A stretch of 64,000 nucleotides of DNA from contig OZ245843.1 of NCBI GenBank assembly GCA_965228875.1, positions 4,260,616-4,324,615 on the forward strand, written 5' to 3'. Positions 50,859 to 61,597 of the stretch are shown here, one piece after another. Origin of the DNA: Thalassobaculaceae bacterium. Its GTDB lineage: Bacteria > Pseudomonadota > Alphaproteobacteria > Thalassobaculales > Thalassobaculaceae. The stretch's first letter is position 1. Every line of letters starts with the position of its first letter. The notes under the pieces were generated by a model. It did no database searches, had not been told where the DNA came from, and was given only the letters and a program-made list of their open reading frames with translations. The position numbers and the translations under genes were made by a program.

Positions 50859-50863
50859 CGCGC

Positions 50864-51928
50864 TCACGAGGTGAAGGTCTTTCGCGGATCGAAGGCGTCG
50901 CGCACCGCCTCGCCGACGAAGATCAGCAGGGTCAGCATGGTGGCGAGGGTCAGGAAGCCGGTGATGCCCAGCCAGGGGGCGTCGACGTTGTTCTTGCCCT
51001 GCTGCAGAAGCTCGCCGAGCGATGGCGATCCCGGCGGCAGGCCGAGGCCGAGGAAGTCCAGGCTGGTCAGCGAGGTGATGCCGGCATTGAGCAGGAACGG
51101 CAGCATGGTCAGCGTCGCCACCATGGCGTTGGGCAGAACGTGGCGGAACATGATGGTGCCGTCGTCGACGCCGAGCGCGCGGGCGGCGCGGACATAGTCG
51201 AAGTTCCGCGCCCGCAGGAACTCGGCCCGCACCACGCCGACCAGGGCGGTCCAGCCGAACAGCAGGAGGATCAGGAGAATCGTGAAGAAACCGGGCTCGA
51301 ACAGGCTCGCCATGATGATGAGGATGAACAGGACCGGCATGCCGGACCAGACCTCGATCGCGCGCTGGAAGATCAGGTCGATCGTCCCGCCGTAGAAGCC
51401 CTGGATCGCGCCGGCGGCGACACCGAGGATCGAGGACAGCACGGTCAGCGCCAGACCGAACACGACCGACAGCCGGAAACCGTAGATGACCCTGGCAAGC
51501 ACGTCGCGCGCCTGGTCGTCGGTGCCGAGCCAGTGCCGGGCGTCGGGGGCGGACGGCGCCGGCTGGCCCAGCGCCAGGTCGATGGTGTCGTAGCTGAAGC
51601 GGATCGGCGGCCAGACGATGCTGCCCTTCTCCTCGATCAGCTCCTGCACCACCGGGTCGCGGTAGTCGGCCTCGGTCGGGAAGAATCCGCCGAATTCCGT
51701 CTCGGCGTAGACCCTGACGACCGGCGTGTACAGCGCCCCGTCGTAGACGACGAGCAGCGGCTTGTCGTTGGCGATCAGCTCGGCGAACAGGCTGAGACCG
51801 AACAGGAAGAGAAAGATCCAGAGGCTCCAGTAGCCCCGCCGGTTGCGCCTGAAGTTGTCCAGTCGGCGCCGGTTCAGAGGGGTTAGCGTCCAGCGCGACC
51901 GGGTCGGTACGGCGGCGGTCCCGATCAT
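50864..51928 (-). CDS. yejE: peptide ABC permease
   Basis: NRRRLDNFRRNRRGYWSL, IANDKPL, LGTDDQARD, LDFLGLGLPPGSPSLGE. Confidence 0.93.
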   Translation of the reverse strand: MIGTAAVPTRSRWTLTPLNRRRLDNFRRNRRGYWSLWIFLFLFGLSLFAELIANDKPLLVVYDGALYTPVVRVYAETEFGGFFPTEADYRDPVVQELIEEKGSIVWPPIRFSYDTIDLALGQPAPSAPDARHWLGTDDQARDVLARVIYGFRLSVVFGLALTVLSSILGVAAGAIQGFYGGTIDLIFQRAIEVWSGMPVLFILIIMASLFEPGFFTILLILLLFGWTALVGVVRAEFLRARNFDYVRAARALGVDDGTIMFRHVLPNAMVATLTMLPFLLNAGITSLTSLDFLGLGLPPGSPSLGELLQQGKNNVDAPWLGITGFLTLATMLTLLIFVGEAVRDAFDPRKTFTS

Positions 51929-51931
51929 CGC

Positions 51932-53038
51932 TCAGCCCTCCCGCGTCTCGAAGTCGATGCGGGGGTCGACCACCACGTACATCAGGTCGCCGACCAGGTT
52001 GAGCAGCAGGCCCAGCAGGCTGGCGATATAGACCGTTCCGAAGATCACGGGATAGTCGCGGTTGATCGCCGACTCGAAGCCGAGCAAGCCGAGGCCGTCG
52101 AGGGAGAAGATCACCTCGATCAGCACCGAGCCGGTGAACAGCACGCTCACGAAGGTCGCCGGGAAGGCGGCGATCACGATCAGCATGGCGTTGCGGAAGA
52201 TGTGCCCGTACAGGACCCCGCGCTGCGACAGGCCCTTGGACTTGGCGGTCAGGACATACTGTTTGTTGATCTCGTCCACGAACGAGTTCTTGGTCAGCAT
52301 GGTCAGGCTCGCGAAACCGCCGATCACCATGGCCGTGACCGGCAGGACCATGTGCCAGAGGTAGTCCAGGACCTTGTCCACCGGGGACAGGTCCTGCCAG
52401 TTCGTCGAGACCAGTCCGGTCAGCGGAAACAACTGCAGAAAACTGCCGCCGGCGAACAGCACGATCAGGAGGACGGCGAACAGGAAGCCGGGAACGGCAT
52501 ATCCGACGGCGATGGCGGCGCTGGTCCACACGTCGAAACGCGATCCGTCACGCACGGCCTTGCGGATGCCCAGCGGGATGGAGACGAGATAGACGATCAG
52601 CGTGGTCCAGACCCCAAGAGAGATCGATACGGGCATCTTCTCCAGGATCAGGTCGATCACCGGGACGTCGCGGTAGAAGCTCTCGCCGAAGTCGAACCGC
52701 AGATAGTTCGTCACCAGCTGCAGGAAGCGCTCGTGCATCGGCTTGTCGAAGCCGTACTGGCGCTCGAGGTCGGCGATCAGTTCCGGCCGCAGGCCGCGGG
52801 CGCCCCGGTAGGTCGAGCTTCCGCCCTCGGCTCCCGAGGCCTGGGCGGCGTCCCCCGAGGTGAGGTCGCCGCGCCCTTCGATCCGCGCGGTCGCGCTGAC
52901 GGCGGTGCCCTGGATGCGGGCGATCGCCTGCTCCACCGGGCCACCCGGTGCCGCCTGCACGATGACGAAATTGATCGTCATGATCGCCAGGAGAACCGGC
53001 GGGATCAGCAGCAGCCGTCTGAGGATGTAGGCGCCCAT
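51932..53038 (-). CDS. yejB: peptide ABC permease
   Basis: [34 protein letters not shown]. Confidence 0.95.
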   Translation of the reverse strand: MGAYILRRLLLIPPVLLAIMTINFVIVQAAPGGPVEQAIARIQGTAVSATARIEGRGDLTSGDAAQASGAEGGSSTYRGARGLRPELIADLERQYGFDKPMHERFLQLVTNYLRFDFGESFYRDVPVIDLILEKMPVSISLGVWTTLIVYLVSIPLGIRKAVRDGSRFDVWTSAAIAVGYAVPGFLFAVLLIVLFAGGSFLQLFPLTGLVSTNWQDLSPVDKVLDYLWHMVLPVTAMVIGGFASLTMLTKNSFVDEINKQYVLTAKSKGLSQRGVLYGHIFRNAMLIVIAAFPATFVSVLFTGSVLIEVIFSLDGLGLLGFESAINRDYPVIFGTVYIASLLGLLLNLVGDLMYVVVDPRIDFETREG

Positions 53039-53056
53039 CGCGACCGTTCCCCGTCG

Positions 53057-54898
53057 TCAGTTCTGGCCGCGCGCGGCGGCCAGCGCCGCTTCCTTCTCCG
53101 GGTCGATCCACCACGTCGACGGAAAGCCGATGCCGTATTCCGGCGGCTCGGCCGGCTTGCCGAACTTGTCCCAGTAGGCGATGCGGTGCACGCCGGTGTG
53201 GAAGTGCGGGATCACGTAGTGGCCCCAGAGAAGCACCCGGTCGAGGGCCTTGGTGCGGGTGACGAGGTCCTTGCGGGTCGGGGCGGCGATGACGAGGTCG
53301 ATCAGCGTGTCGATCGCCGGATCCTTGATGCCGATCAGGTTGCGGCTGCCCGGACGGTCGGCATTGTCCGATCCCCAGAACTCGCGCTGTTCGTTGCCGG
53401 GCGAATCAGACTGGCCGAACACCGCGATGGTCATGTCGAAGTCGAAATCCTGCAGACGGTTGATGTACTGCGAGGTGTCGACGGTGCGCATGTTCATGTC
53501 GATGCCAAGACGCTCCAGCGACTGCTGCATCGGCAGGGCGATGCGCTCGAACGCCGGGTCGCGCAGCAGCAGCTCGAACGCGAACCTCTCGCCCTCGGCG
53601 TTGACCAGCTTGCGGTCCGGTCCGACCGACCAGCCGGCCTCGCGCAGCAGGGTCAGCGCGGTGCGCAGGTTGTCGCGGTTGTTGCCGGAGCCGTCGGTCG
53701 ACGGCGTGCGGTAGGGGGTGGTGAAGACCTCGTCGGGGATCCGGCCGCGCAATGGCTCCAGGACCTCCAGTTCAGCCTCGCTCGGCAGGCCGGTGGACGC
53801 CAGGTCGCCGCCGGAGAAATAGCTCTCGCTACGGATCAGGTTGCCATCCGACAGGGTCTTGTTCACCCACTCGAAGTCCCAGACATAGGTCATGGCCTCG
53901 CGGACCTTGCGGTCCTGGAAGGGCGGTCGGCGCAGGTTCATCACGAACCCCTGCATGCCGCGGGTGCGGCGGTCGGGGATGACCTCGCGCTTGACCCAGC
54001 CCTTGTTCACGGCGGGGAAGTCGTAGCCCGTCGCCCAGTTGCGCGAACTGAGCTCCCGGTTGAAGTCGAAGCGCCCGGCCTTGAACGCCTCGCGCTCGAC
54101 GGTGATGTCGCGGTAGTACTCGTAGCGGATGGTGTCGAAGTTGTACCGACCCCGGTTGATCGGCAGATCGGCACCCCACCAGTCGTCGACCCGCTCGTAC
54201 TCGATGAACCGGCCCGGCTCGAAGGTCTTCACCCGATAGGGGCCGCTGGCCAGTGGCGGCTCCAGGGTGGTCGGGCCGAACGCGCGGGTTTCCCACCAGT
54301 GCTTGGGAAGCACCGGCACCTGGCCGAGGATCATCGGCAGCTCCGGGTTCGACCCGTCCTTGAACACGAAGCGCACGGTCCGGTCGTCGAGGGCCTCGAC
54401 CGCGGTCACGTCGGCCCAGTACGCCCGATACTGCGGGGCGCCGTCCGTCGTCAGGGTCTCGAAGCTCCACACCACGTCCTCGGCGGTGATCGGCGTGTCG
54501 TCGTGCCAGCGGGCCCGCGGGTTCAGGTAGAACGTGACCGACGCCTTGTCGTCGGCGACCTCGATGGCCTCGGCGACCAGCGCATACTCGCCGGTCGGCT
54601 CGGAATCGACGTTGGCCAGGAGGAACTCGTACACCAGTCCGATGCCGACGGCCGGCGTTCCCTTGAGCACGAAGGGGTTCAGGCTGTCGAACGTGCCGTT
54701 CGCCGAGAGAACCACCGTGCCGCCCTTGGGGGCCGCCGGATCGGCATAGGGCAGGTGGGGAAAGTCGGCCGGCAGCTCGGGCGCCCCGTGCGTCGTGATC
54801 CCGTGCATCCGCTCGGAGGCCGATGTCGGATCGGAGACGGCCGCGAGGACGAGGGTGGCGGCGACGGCTACGGGGACGGCGAAACGGGCGATCGTCAT
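53057..54898 (-). CDS. yejA: peptide ABC substrate-binding protein
   Basis: Signal peptide; APKGG, FDSLNPF, GRYNFD, SPGNEQREFWGS, ALDRVLLWGHY. Confidence 0.93.
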   Translation of the reverse strand: MTIARFAVPVAVAATLVLAAVSDPTSASERMHGITTHGAPELPADFPHLPYADPAAPKGGTVVLSANGTFDSLNPFVLKGTPAVGIGLVYEFLLANVDSEPTGEYALVAEAIEVADDKASVTFYLNPRARWHDDTPITAEDVVWSFETLTTDGAPQYRAYWADVTAVEALDDRTVRFVFKDGSNPELPMILGQVPVLPKHWWETRAFGPTTLEPPLASGPYRVKTFEPGRFIEYERVDDWWGADLPINRGRYNFDTIRYEYYRDITVEREAFKAGRFDFNRELSSRNWATGYDFPAVNKGWVKREVIPDRRTRGMQGFVMNLRRPPFQDRKVREAMTYVWDFEWVNKTLSDGNLIRSESYFSGGDLASTGLPSEAELEVLEPLRGRIPDEVFTTPYRTPSTDGSGNNRDNLRTALTLLREAGWSVGPDRKLVNAEGERFAFELLLRDPAFERIALPMQQSLERLGIDMNMRTVDTSQYINRLQDFDFDMTIAVFGQSDSPGNEQREFWGSDNADRPGSRNLIGIKDPAIDTLIDLVIAAPTRKDLVTRTKALDRVLLWGHYVIPHFHTGVHRIAYWDKFGKPAEPPEYGIGFPSTWWIDPEKEAALAAARGQN

Positions 54899-54997
54899 CG
54901 GTCTGGCTCTCCCGAAGGGCGGTGCGTCATGCACCAATAACATCCCGGACTTGGCGGAAACATGGCAGTTCGACGGCCAAAGTCGAGCGCGGGGTGT

Positions 54998-55780
54998 CTA
55001 GCGGGCGGAGAGAACCGCAACGGCGGCGGCGTGGAGGGCCGGATCGCGGGCGGCGACGATGCGCGAGGTCGAGCCCAGCGCGACCGGCGCGCCGTTCCAG
55101 TCCGTCAGCAGGCCGCCGGCACCGGCGATCACGGCAGCTGGCGCCAGATAGTCGTAGTCGCTGAGGCTGGCCTCGACGACGAGATCGATGGTGCCCAGCG
55201 CCAGCAGGCCGAAATTGTGGCAGTCGCCGCTGAACAGGGTCAGCCCGACGGAGTCCTGCAACGCCTTGAACTGGGCCGCTTCCCAGCTGTCGAACATGTC
55301 CGGCGACGTCGCGGTCAGAACGGCCCTGTCCAGCGGCTTGGACGCGGGGGCCATCATCGGTCCGCCGTTCAGGGTCGTCGCCACATCGGGGCCGCCGATC
55401 CAGCGTTCATCCAGGATCGGGCAGTCGATCATTCCCAGAACCGGCGTGCCGCGGTGAAGCAGGCCGACCAGGGTGCCGAAGGTCGGGCGGCCGGTGATGA
55501 AGGCCTTCGTGCCGTCGATCGGATCGAGCGACCAGACGTATTCGGCGTCCAGATTCTTCGGCCCGAATTCCTCGCCGGCGATACCATGGTCGGGAAAGCG
55601 ATCCTCGATCAGCGCGCGAAGGGTCTTTTCGACCGTGCGGTCGGCGATCGTCACCGGGCTGTCATCGGCCTTGCTGTCGACGACGACGCCGGTGCGGAAA
55701 TACTGCCGGATGACCGGTCGAGCCGCCTCGGCCAGCTCGGCGGCGAAGGCCGCCGCCGCATCAAGCGAGAAACCGCTCAT
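54998..55780 (-). CDS. hisN: inositol monophosphatase family, probable histidinol-phosphatase
   Basis: SPVTIAD, GEEFG, LDPIDGTKAFITG, TDWNG. Confidence 0.8.
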   Translation of the reverse strand: MSGFSLDAAAAFAAELAEAARPVIRQYFRTGVVVDSKADDSPVTIADRTVEKTLRALIEDRFPDHGIAGEEFGPKNLDAEYVWSLDPIDGTKAFITGRPTFGTLVGLLHRGTPVLGMIDCPILDERWIGGPDVATTLNGGPMMAPASKPLDRAVLTATSPDMFDSWEAAQFKALQDSVGLTLFSGDCHNFGLLALGTIDLVVEASLSDYDYLAPAAVIAGAGGLLTDWNGAPVALGSTSRIVAARDPALHAAAVAVLSAR

Positions 55781-55801
55781 CCCAGCGTCCCGGATCGGCG
55801 G

Positions 55802-56404
55802 TCAGCCGCCGATCGCCGCCTGATAGGCGTCCTGCGCCGCCTGGATATCGTCCGGCGACGGCAGCGGCGCCGGCTCGGCGCTCAGGGACCGCAGATAGGC
55901 GACGATGTTCGCGCGGTCGTCCGCCTTCTTGAGGCCGGCGTAGTTCATCTTCGTGCCGGCGATATAATCCTTCGGGTTCCGCAGGAACTTGTTCAGCGAC
56001 GAATAGGTCCACTCGGCCGGGTCGGCATACGACGCCATGGCGTCGGAGTAGCTGTACCCGTCCTTGCCGCCCTTGGCCGCGTTGACCACGCCCCACAGGT
56101 TCGGGCCGACCTTGTTGGCGCCGCCCTCGTCGAACGTGTGGCAGGCCGAGCACTTCTTCGACAGCTTCTCGCCGGCGGCGACGTCGGCGGTCGCGAGCAT
56201 GGCGAGGATCGGTTCCACCGGCGCCGGACCGGCGGGCACCGCCGACTGCGACGACGCGCCTTCGGCGACCTCGATCTTGAATGCGTTCTCGTCCAGATCC
56301 GTCGGGTGGACCAGCGCGTCCGAGATCTTCCCGGTTACCATCGCCAACAGTCCCGCGCACAGGATGCCAGCGATGATCTTGTTGCTTTCGAGCGACGTCG
56401 CCAT
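55802..56404 (-). CDS. cycM: membrane-anchored cytochrome c (cM/cy type)
   Basis: N-terminal anchor NKIIAGILCAGLL, CSACH, VGPNLWGV, GTKMNYAG. Confidence 0.9.
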   Translation of the reverse strand: MATSLESNKIIAGILCAGLLAMVTGKISDALVHPTDLDENAFKIEVAEGASSQSAVPAGPAPVEPILAMLATADVAAGEKLSKKCSACHTFDEGGANKVGPNLWGVVNAAKGGKDGYSYSDAMASYADPAEWTYSSLNKFLRNPKDYIAGTKMNYAGLKKADDRANIVAYLRSLSAEPAPLPSPDDIQAAQDAYQAAIGG

Positions 56405-56623
56405 GGTGTCCAGCCCTCTTCGTATCCGACCGGGATCCGGTGCGACGCACCGACCTCCCCCGCGAAATCCCTTCGCGCGATAACATACTGACAGGCTCCG
56501 CCACTGTCGACCGTGGCAAAGCCGCGCGGGGAACGACTTACCGCCGCCCGCGCGCTTGCGCAACCGCGCGGGATCGGCGTATCACCGCAGGCTCGCGTGG
56601 CATATCGCCGCAAAAGCCCGAAT

Positions 56624-56673
56624 GCGGCTCCGGATCGGAGCCGCGGACCCGAAATCCGGAGCCGAAATCCGGA
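56624..56673. repeat. hairpin plus 13-nt period tandem repeat upstream of kdsB
   Basis: gcggctccg/cggagccgc inverted repeat 56624-56644; ccgaaatccgga at 56649 and 56662. Confidence 0.75.
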
Positions 56674-56730
56674 CCCTAGATCCGGGCCGGACCATCAGAT
56701 GCAGACCGACAGAGGCGCGCGGCGGACCCG

Positions 56731-57483
56731 ATGAACCCGATCCTCATGATCCCGGCCCGCATGGCGTCGTCCCGCCTGCCGGACAAGCCGCTGGCGGACA
56801 TTCACGGCGCGCCGATGATCGTGCACGTCTGGCGCCGGGCGATGGAGGCGGATCTCGGTCCGGTCGTCGTCGCCGCCGGGGATCGGGCGATCGTCGATGC
56901 CGTCGAGGCGGCGGGCGGTCGTGCGGTGATGACCGACCCGGCGCTTCCGTCCGGCACCGACCGCATTCATGCGGCGCTGCGGACCGTCGACCCCGACGGC
57001 CGTCACGACCTGGTGGTCAACGTCCAGGGCGACCTGCCGGTGCTCGAGCCGAAGACGGTGCGCGCGACCCTGGAAGCGCTCACGCGAACCGCCGACGCCG
57101 ACTGGGGCACGGCCGCCTGCCCGATCGACGACCCGCAGGATCTGGAGCCGACCAGTGGCGTCAACAAGGTGGTCGCCGCCTGGGAGCGGGACGGCAGGTT
57201 CGGTCGCGCCCTGTACTTCTCGAAATACCCGGTGCCCTGGGGCGAGGGTGCCGTGTTCCACCACATCGGTCTCTACAGTTACCGGCGCGCCGCCCTGGAT
57301 CGCATCGTGACCTTGCCGCCGTCGCCGCTGGAGCTGCGCGAGCGCCTGGAACAGCTTCGCGCCCTGGAGGCCGGGATGCGGATCGAGGTCGCCCGGGTCG
57401 AGACCATTCCGCTCGGTGTCGACACGCCGCGCCAGCTCGAACAGGCCCGTGCCCTGCTCACCCCCACCGGAGGGACGTCATGA
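56731..57483 (+). CDS. kdsB: CMP-KDO synthetase
   Basis: IPARMASSRLPDKPL, SGTDR, VNVQGD, ALYFS, HHIGLY, LEQLRALE. Confidence 0.96.
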   Translation: MNPILMIPARMASSRLPDKPLADIHGAPMIVHVWRRAMEADLGPVVVAAGDRAIVDAVEAAGGRAVMTDPALPSGTDRIHAALRTVDPDGRHDLVVNVQGDLPVLEPKTVRATLEALTRTADADWGTAACPIDDPQDLEPTSGVNKVVAAWERDGRFGRALYFSKYPVPWGEGAVFHHIGLYSYRRAALDRIVTLPPSPLELRERLEQLRALEAGMRIEVARVETIPLGVDTPRQLEQARALLTPTGGTS

Positions 57484-58349
57484 CCGATCAGCCGAAAGTC
57501 GCCTATCAGGGGCAGCCGGGCGCCTATTCCCATCTCGCCTGCATCGCGGCGGCGCCGGACTTCGATCCGATGCCCTGCTACAGCTTCGAGGACATGCTCT
57601 CGGCGGTGCAGGACGGCACGGCCGAACTGGCCATGGTGCCGGTGGAGAACTCGGTCGCCGGCCGGGTGGCCGACATCCACCACCTGCTGCCGGAGTCCGG
57701 ACTGTTCATCATCGGCGAGCATTTCCAGCGGGTGAACCACATGCTGCTGGGCCTCAAGGGCGCGACGCTCGAGGGACTGACCGAGGTGCACGCCCATCCC
57801 CAGGGGTTGGCCCAGTGCCGCAGGCTCATCAACAGGTATGGCCTCAAGCGCATGCAGCACGCCGACAACGCGGGCGCGGCCAAGGACGTGGCCGCATGGG
57901 GCGACCCGAAGATCGGCGCCATCGCCTCCTCGCTGGCCGCCGAGGTCTACGGCCTCGACATCCTGGCCGACTCGGTCGAGGACGCGGAGCACAACACCAC
58001 CCGCTTCCTGGTCATGGCGCGCCAGCCGAAGCTGCCGCCGGTGACCACGGAAAAGGTTGTGACCACGATCATCTTCCGCGTGCGCAGCGTGCCGGCCTCG
58101 CTCTACAAGGCGCTCGGGGGCTTCGCCACCAACGGCATCAACCTGACCAAGCTGGAGAGCTATCTGGTGGGCGGATCGTTCGACGCGGCGCAGTTCTACG
58201 TCGACGCCGAGGGCCATCCCGAGGAGCGCCACATGGCGTTGGCGCTGGAGGAGCTGAAGTTCTTCTGCCCGAAGGACGCGGTGAGCATCCTGGGCACCTA
58301 TCCGATGAGCCCGTTCCGCGCCAGCGCCGAGCGCCCCGACGCGGACTGA
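57480..58349 (+). CDS. pheA: prephenate dehydratase
   Basis: YQGQPGAYS, PVENS, HNTTRF, GINLTKLES; ATGA overlap with kdsB. Confidence 0.95.
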   Translation: MTDQPKVAYQGQPGAYSHLACIAAAPDFDPMPCYSFEDMLSAVQDGTAELAMVPVENSVAGRVADIHHLLPESGLFIIGEHFQRVNHMLLGLKGATLEGLTEVHAHPQGLAQCRRLINRYGLKRMQHADNAGAAKDVAAWGDPKIGAIASSLAAEVYGLDILADSVEDAEHNTTRFLVMARQPKLPPVTTEKVVTTIIFRVRSVPASLYKALGGFATNGINLTKLESYLVGGSFDAAQFYVDAEGHPEERHMALALEELKFFCPKDAVSILGTYPMSPFRASAERPDAD

Positions 58350-58409
58350 TCGGGCGCCCGATGGCCGTCCTCCCTTCCGGCGCGATCACCCACAACCCGG
58401 GAGACGCAC

Positions 58410-58781
58410 ATGTTCGGGCCCTGTGAGTGCGGGAGCGCGAAGAGCTATGTCGCCTGCTGCGGCCGGCTGCATTCCGGTGCGCCCGCGCGGAACGCCGAGG
58501 AGCTGATGCGCTCGCGCTACAGCGCGTTCTGTCGGGGAGACACGGCTTATCTGCAAAAGAGTTGGGCGGTGGAGACGCGCCCGCTGACGCTGACCCTGGA
58601 CCCGGAACAGGAATGGACCGGACTGACGATCCGGAGCCACGAACCGACCGGACGCGATACCGCCCGCGTGCGCTTCACGGCGACGTGGCGCAAGGGAACC
58701 CGAACCGGCAGCCTGAGCGAAACCAGCCGGTTCCGCCGCGACGGGGCAGGGTGGGTCTATATCGACGGCACGACGGACTGA
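58410..58781 (+). CDS. YchJ family protein (SEC-C-like + NTF2-like)
   Basis: CECGS...CC, AEELMRSRYSAF, ETSRF, WVYIDG. Confidence 0.9.
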   Translation: MFGPCECGSAKSYVACCGRLHSGAPARNAEELMRSRYSAFCRGDTAYLQKSWAVETRPLTLTLDPEQEWTGLTIRSHEPTGRDTARVRFTATWRKGTRTGSLSETSRFRRDGAGWVYIDGTTD

Positions 58782-58793
58782 GCGGGGGGCCGG

Positions 58794-59963
58794 CTACTCC
58801 TCGGCCGCCGCCAGACGCGGTTTCGGCGGAGCGGCGTCGGCGATCTGGCCCGGCTGTTCCAGCTCGATCTCCTGAATGCGGTCGCCGCGCTTGGTGACCT
58901 TGTCGGTGGAGATGCGGATCTGGCGGATATCGTCGGTCGCCTGCGAGAAGTGGCGGTCGAGCTTGGATACCCGCTCGTCGAGCCGGCCCACATCCTCCAG
59001 CAGCTTGCCGACCTCGGCCTGGATCACGTGCGCCTGCTCGCGCATGGAGGCGTCCTTGAGCACCGCGCGCACCGTATTCAGTGTCGCCATCAGCGTAGTC
59101 GGCGAGACGATCCACACCCGGCGGCGGAAGGCGTCCTGCACCACCGACGGCAGGTTGGCGTGCAGTTCGGCGTAGACCGCCTCCGACGGCAGGAACATCA
59201 GGGCCGATTCCGCCGTTTCGCCCGGCACGATGTATTTCTCGGCGATGGCGCGCACGTGAACGCCGACCTCCTGCGCCAGCCGGCGGCGGGCCACGGTGCG
59301 TTCCTCGTCCGTCGCCGCGGCCTGAAGCGCGTGATAGGCCTCCAGCGGAAACTTGGCGTCGATGGCGATGGCGCCCGGCGGGTTCGGCAGGGTGAGGAGG
59401 CAGTCGACCCGACGGTTGCCGCCCACCGTCGCCTGGAAACTGTAGGCGCTCGGCGGCAGGGCCTGAGTCACGAGGTCGTTGAGCTGGATCTCGCCGAAGG
59501 CGCCGCGGGCCTGCTTGTTGGCCAGGATCGACTGCAGCCCGTCGACCTGGGTGGAGAGCTCGGTGATGTTCTTCTGCGCCCGGTCGATCACGGCGAGCCG
59601 CTCCTTCAGATCGCCCATGGTCGCCTCGGTCGATTTCGACGACTTCTCCAGCCCCTCGCCGACCCGCTTGGTGACGTCGGCCAGACGCTCCTCCAGTTTG
59701 CGGGCGATCTCGCGCTCCTGGGTCTGAAGCGCTTCGGCCATGCGGGCCTGGGCGGCGGCCTGGCTCTCGGCCAGTTGGGCCAGCCGGCCGGCGAGCTGTT
59801 CCTGGCTGGCGGCCAGCTTCTCGGCCAGTTCGCCCTGGCGGCGGTCGCGGTCGGCCAGCGTCTCGTCGAGGCTTGAGCCCGCCCGCAGGCGCCAGGCGAT
59901 CAGCCCCGCTCCCAGCACAACAGCGACGACGAGGACGGCGAGAAGGAGTTCGATTCCGGTCAT
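58794..59963 (-). CDS. rmuC: DNA recombination protein RmuC
   Basis: N-terminal TM, coiled coil, RGAFGEIQL, IDAKFPL, MFLPSEAVY, VSPTTL. Confidence 0.95.
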   Translation of the reverse strand: MTGIELLLAVLVVAVVLGAGLIAWRLRAGSSLDETLADRDRRQGELAEKLAASQEQLAGRLAQLAESQAAAQARMAEALQTQEREIARKLEERLADVTKRVGEGLEKSSKSTEATMGDLKERLAVIDRAQKNITELSTQVDGLQSILANKQARGAFGEIQLNDLVTQALPPSAYSFQATVGGNRRVDCLLTLPNPPGAIAIDAKFPLEAYHALQAAATDEERTVARRRLAQEVGVHVRAIAEKYIVPGETAESALMFLPSEAVYAELHANLPSVVQDAFRRRVWIVSPTTLMATLNTVRAVLKDASMREQAHVIQAEVGKLLEDVGRLDERVSKLDRHFSQATDDIRQIRISTDKVTKRGDRIQEIELEQPGQIADAAPPKPRLAAAEE

Positions 59964-60095
59964 GGACGCCACGCTAGCACGTTGGTCGTCGGGCTCGCTG
60001 CCGGGCGCGGCAACCCATCGAAATCTTGACGATTTCGCACGTTTCACCTAACTCCAGGTGATTCCGACAGCAGCGAATCGACCCGACAGTCCGCA

Positions 60096-60623
60096 ATGGC
60101 AAAGCAGCCGATCATCTGGGCGCCCGACCCTGTTCTGAAGACCAAGTGCGAGCCCGTGGCCGCGGTGGACGATGCCGTTCGCGCGCTGATGGACGACATG
60201 CTCGACACCATGTACGCCGCCCCCGGGATCGGCCTCGCCGCGCCGCAGATCGGCGTGACCAAGCGGGTGATCGTCGTCGACGTGTCCGACAAGGACGAGC
60301 CGCGCAACCCGATCTGTCTCGCCAATCCGGAGATCCTCTGGAAAGCGGAGGAGACCGCGCCGCACGAGGAGGGGTGCCTGTCGATCCCCGATCTCTACGC
60401 CGACGTGGAGCGGCCGGTCGCGGTCAGGGTCGCCTATCTCGACCGTGACGGCGAGAAGCGGGAGATCGAGGCCGACGGGCTGCTCGGCATCTGCCTGCAG
60501 CACGAGATCGACCATATCGACGGCGTCCTGTTCGTTGATCACCTGTCGTCGCTGAAGCGCAACATGATCATGAAGAAGATGGTCAAGGCGAAGAAGGCGC
60601 GCGCCCGCGAGCAGGCGGCCTGA
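60096..60623 (+). CDS. def: peptide deformylase
   Basis: [21 protein letters not shown]. Confidence 0.98.
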   Translation: MAKQPIIWAPDPVLKTKCEPVAAVDDAVRALMDDMLDTMYAAPGIGLAAPQIGVTKRVIVVDVSDKDEPRNPICLANPEILWKAEETAPHEEGCLSIPDLYADVERPVAVRVAYLDRDGEKREIEADGLLGICLQHEIDHIDGVLFVDHLSSLKRNMIMKKMVKAKKARAREQAA

Positions 60624-60642
60624 CGGCCGTGGCCGCCGCATC

Positions 60643-61593
60643 ATGAGTGCCGCCGGTTCCTCCGGCCTCCGGGTCGCCTTCATGGGCAGCCCGGACTTCG
60701 CCGTGCCGTGCCTGCGGGCGCTGGTCGATGCCGGCCACGACGTGGTCTGCGTCTACGCCCAGCCGCCGCGTCCGGCGGGCCGCGGCCAGAAGCAACGCCT
60801 GACGCCGGTCGACGAGGCCGCGATCGAGCTGGAGATCGAGGTCCGCACCCCCCGCTCCCTGCGCGATCCCGAGGAACAGGCGCGGTTCGCCGCCCTCGAT
60901 CTCGACGTGGCGGTGGTGGTCGCCTACGGACTGATCCTGCCGCGCGAGGTCCTGGCCGCGCCCCGCCTCGGCTGCGTCAACGTCCACGCCTCGCTGCTGC
61001 CGCGCTGGCGCGGAGCGGCGCCGATCCAGCGGGCCATCCTGGCCGGCGACAGCGAGTCGGGCGTCACCATCATGCGCATGGACGAGGGCCTCGACACCGG
61101 CGCCATGCTGCTCAGCCGCGCCGTCGAGATCACCGACGAGACCACGGGCCAGAGCCTGCACGACGGGCTGAGCCGGTTGGGGGCGGACCTGGTCGGGCCG
61201 GCGCTGGCCGGGCTCGCCGACGGCTCCCTCACCGGGACGCCGCAGCCGGACGAGGGCGTCACCTACGCGAAGAAGCTGGAGCGCGACGAGGGCCGGCTCG
61301 ACTTCAGCCGGTCGGCCGTCGAGCTGGAGCGCCTGGTCCGCGCCTTCGACCCCTGGCCGGGCGCGTTCTTCGAGCATGAGGGCACGCGCATCAAGGTGCT
61401 GGCGGCGGAGGCGTTCGACATCGGTCCGGTCTCCAACCTGCCGGGAACGGTCCTGGATCCGGAACTGACCATCTCCTGCGCCGACGGAGCGTTCCGGCCG
61501 GTCCGGGTGCAGCGACCGGGCAAGGGACCGATGGATACCGACGCCTTCCTGCGCGGTTTCCAGATTCCGCCGGGAACCGTGCTGGGCGGGTAA
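60643..61593 (+). CDS. fmt: methionyl-tRNA formyltransferase
   Basis: [37 protein letters not shown]. Confidence 0.98.
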   Translation: MSAAGSSGLRVAFMGSPDFAVPCLRALVDAGHDVVCVYAQPPRPAGRGQKQRLTPVDEAAIELEIEVRTPRSLRDPEEQARFAALDLDVAVVVAYGLILPREVLAAPRLGCVNVHASLLPRWRGAAPIQRAILAGDSESGVTIMRMDEGLDTGAMLLSRAVEITDETTGQSLHDGLSRLGADLVGPALAGLADGSLTGTPQPDEGVTYAKKLERDEGRLDFSRSAVELERLVRAFDPWPGAFFEHEGTRIKVLAAEAFDIGPVSNLPGTVLDPELTISCADGAFRPVRVQRPGKGPMDTDAFLRGFQIPPGTVLGG

Positions 61594-61597
61594 GCCG

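Noticed and set aside
49221..52529. Apparent giant or fused ORFs in the track (1102-aa yejF, 1153-aa acnA, 658-aa ghrA, 597-aa pheA, 664-aa comF, 610-aa FAD oxidoreductase, 456-aa manX, 691-aa TPR)
   Set aside because: N-terminal extensions are low-complexity off-frame reads over upstream genes; plausible starts lie downstream. Unlike the aminotransferase::SDR, the extensions carry no domain motifs.
56624..56690. CRISPR-like or REP array
   Set aside because: Only two to three short units with no unique spacers, no cas genes, and no other copies seen in the window.
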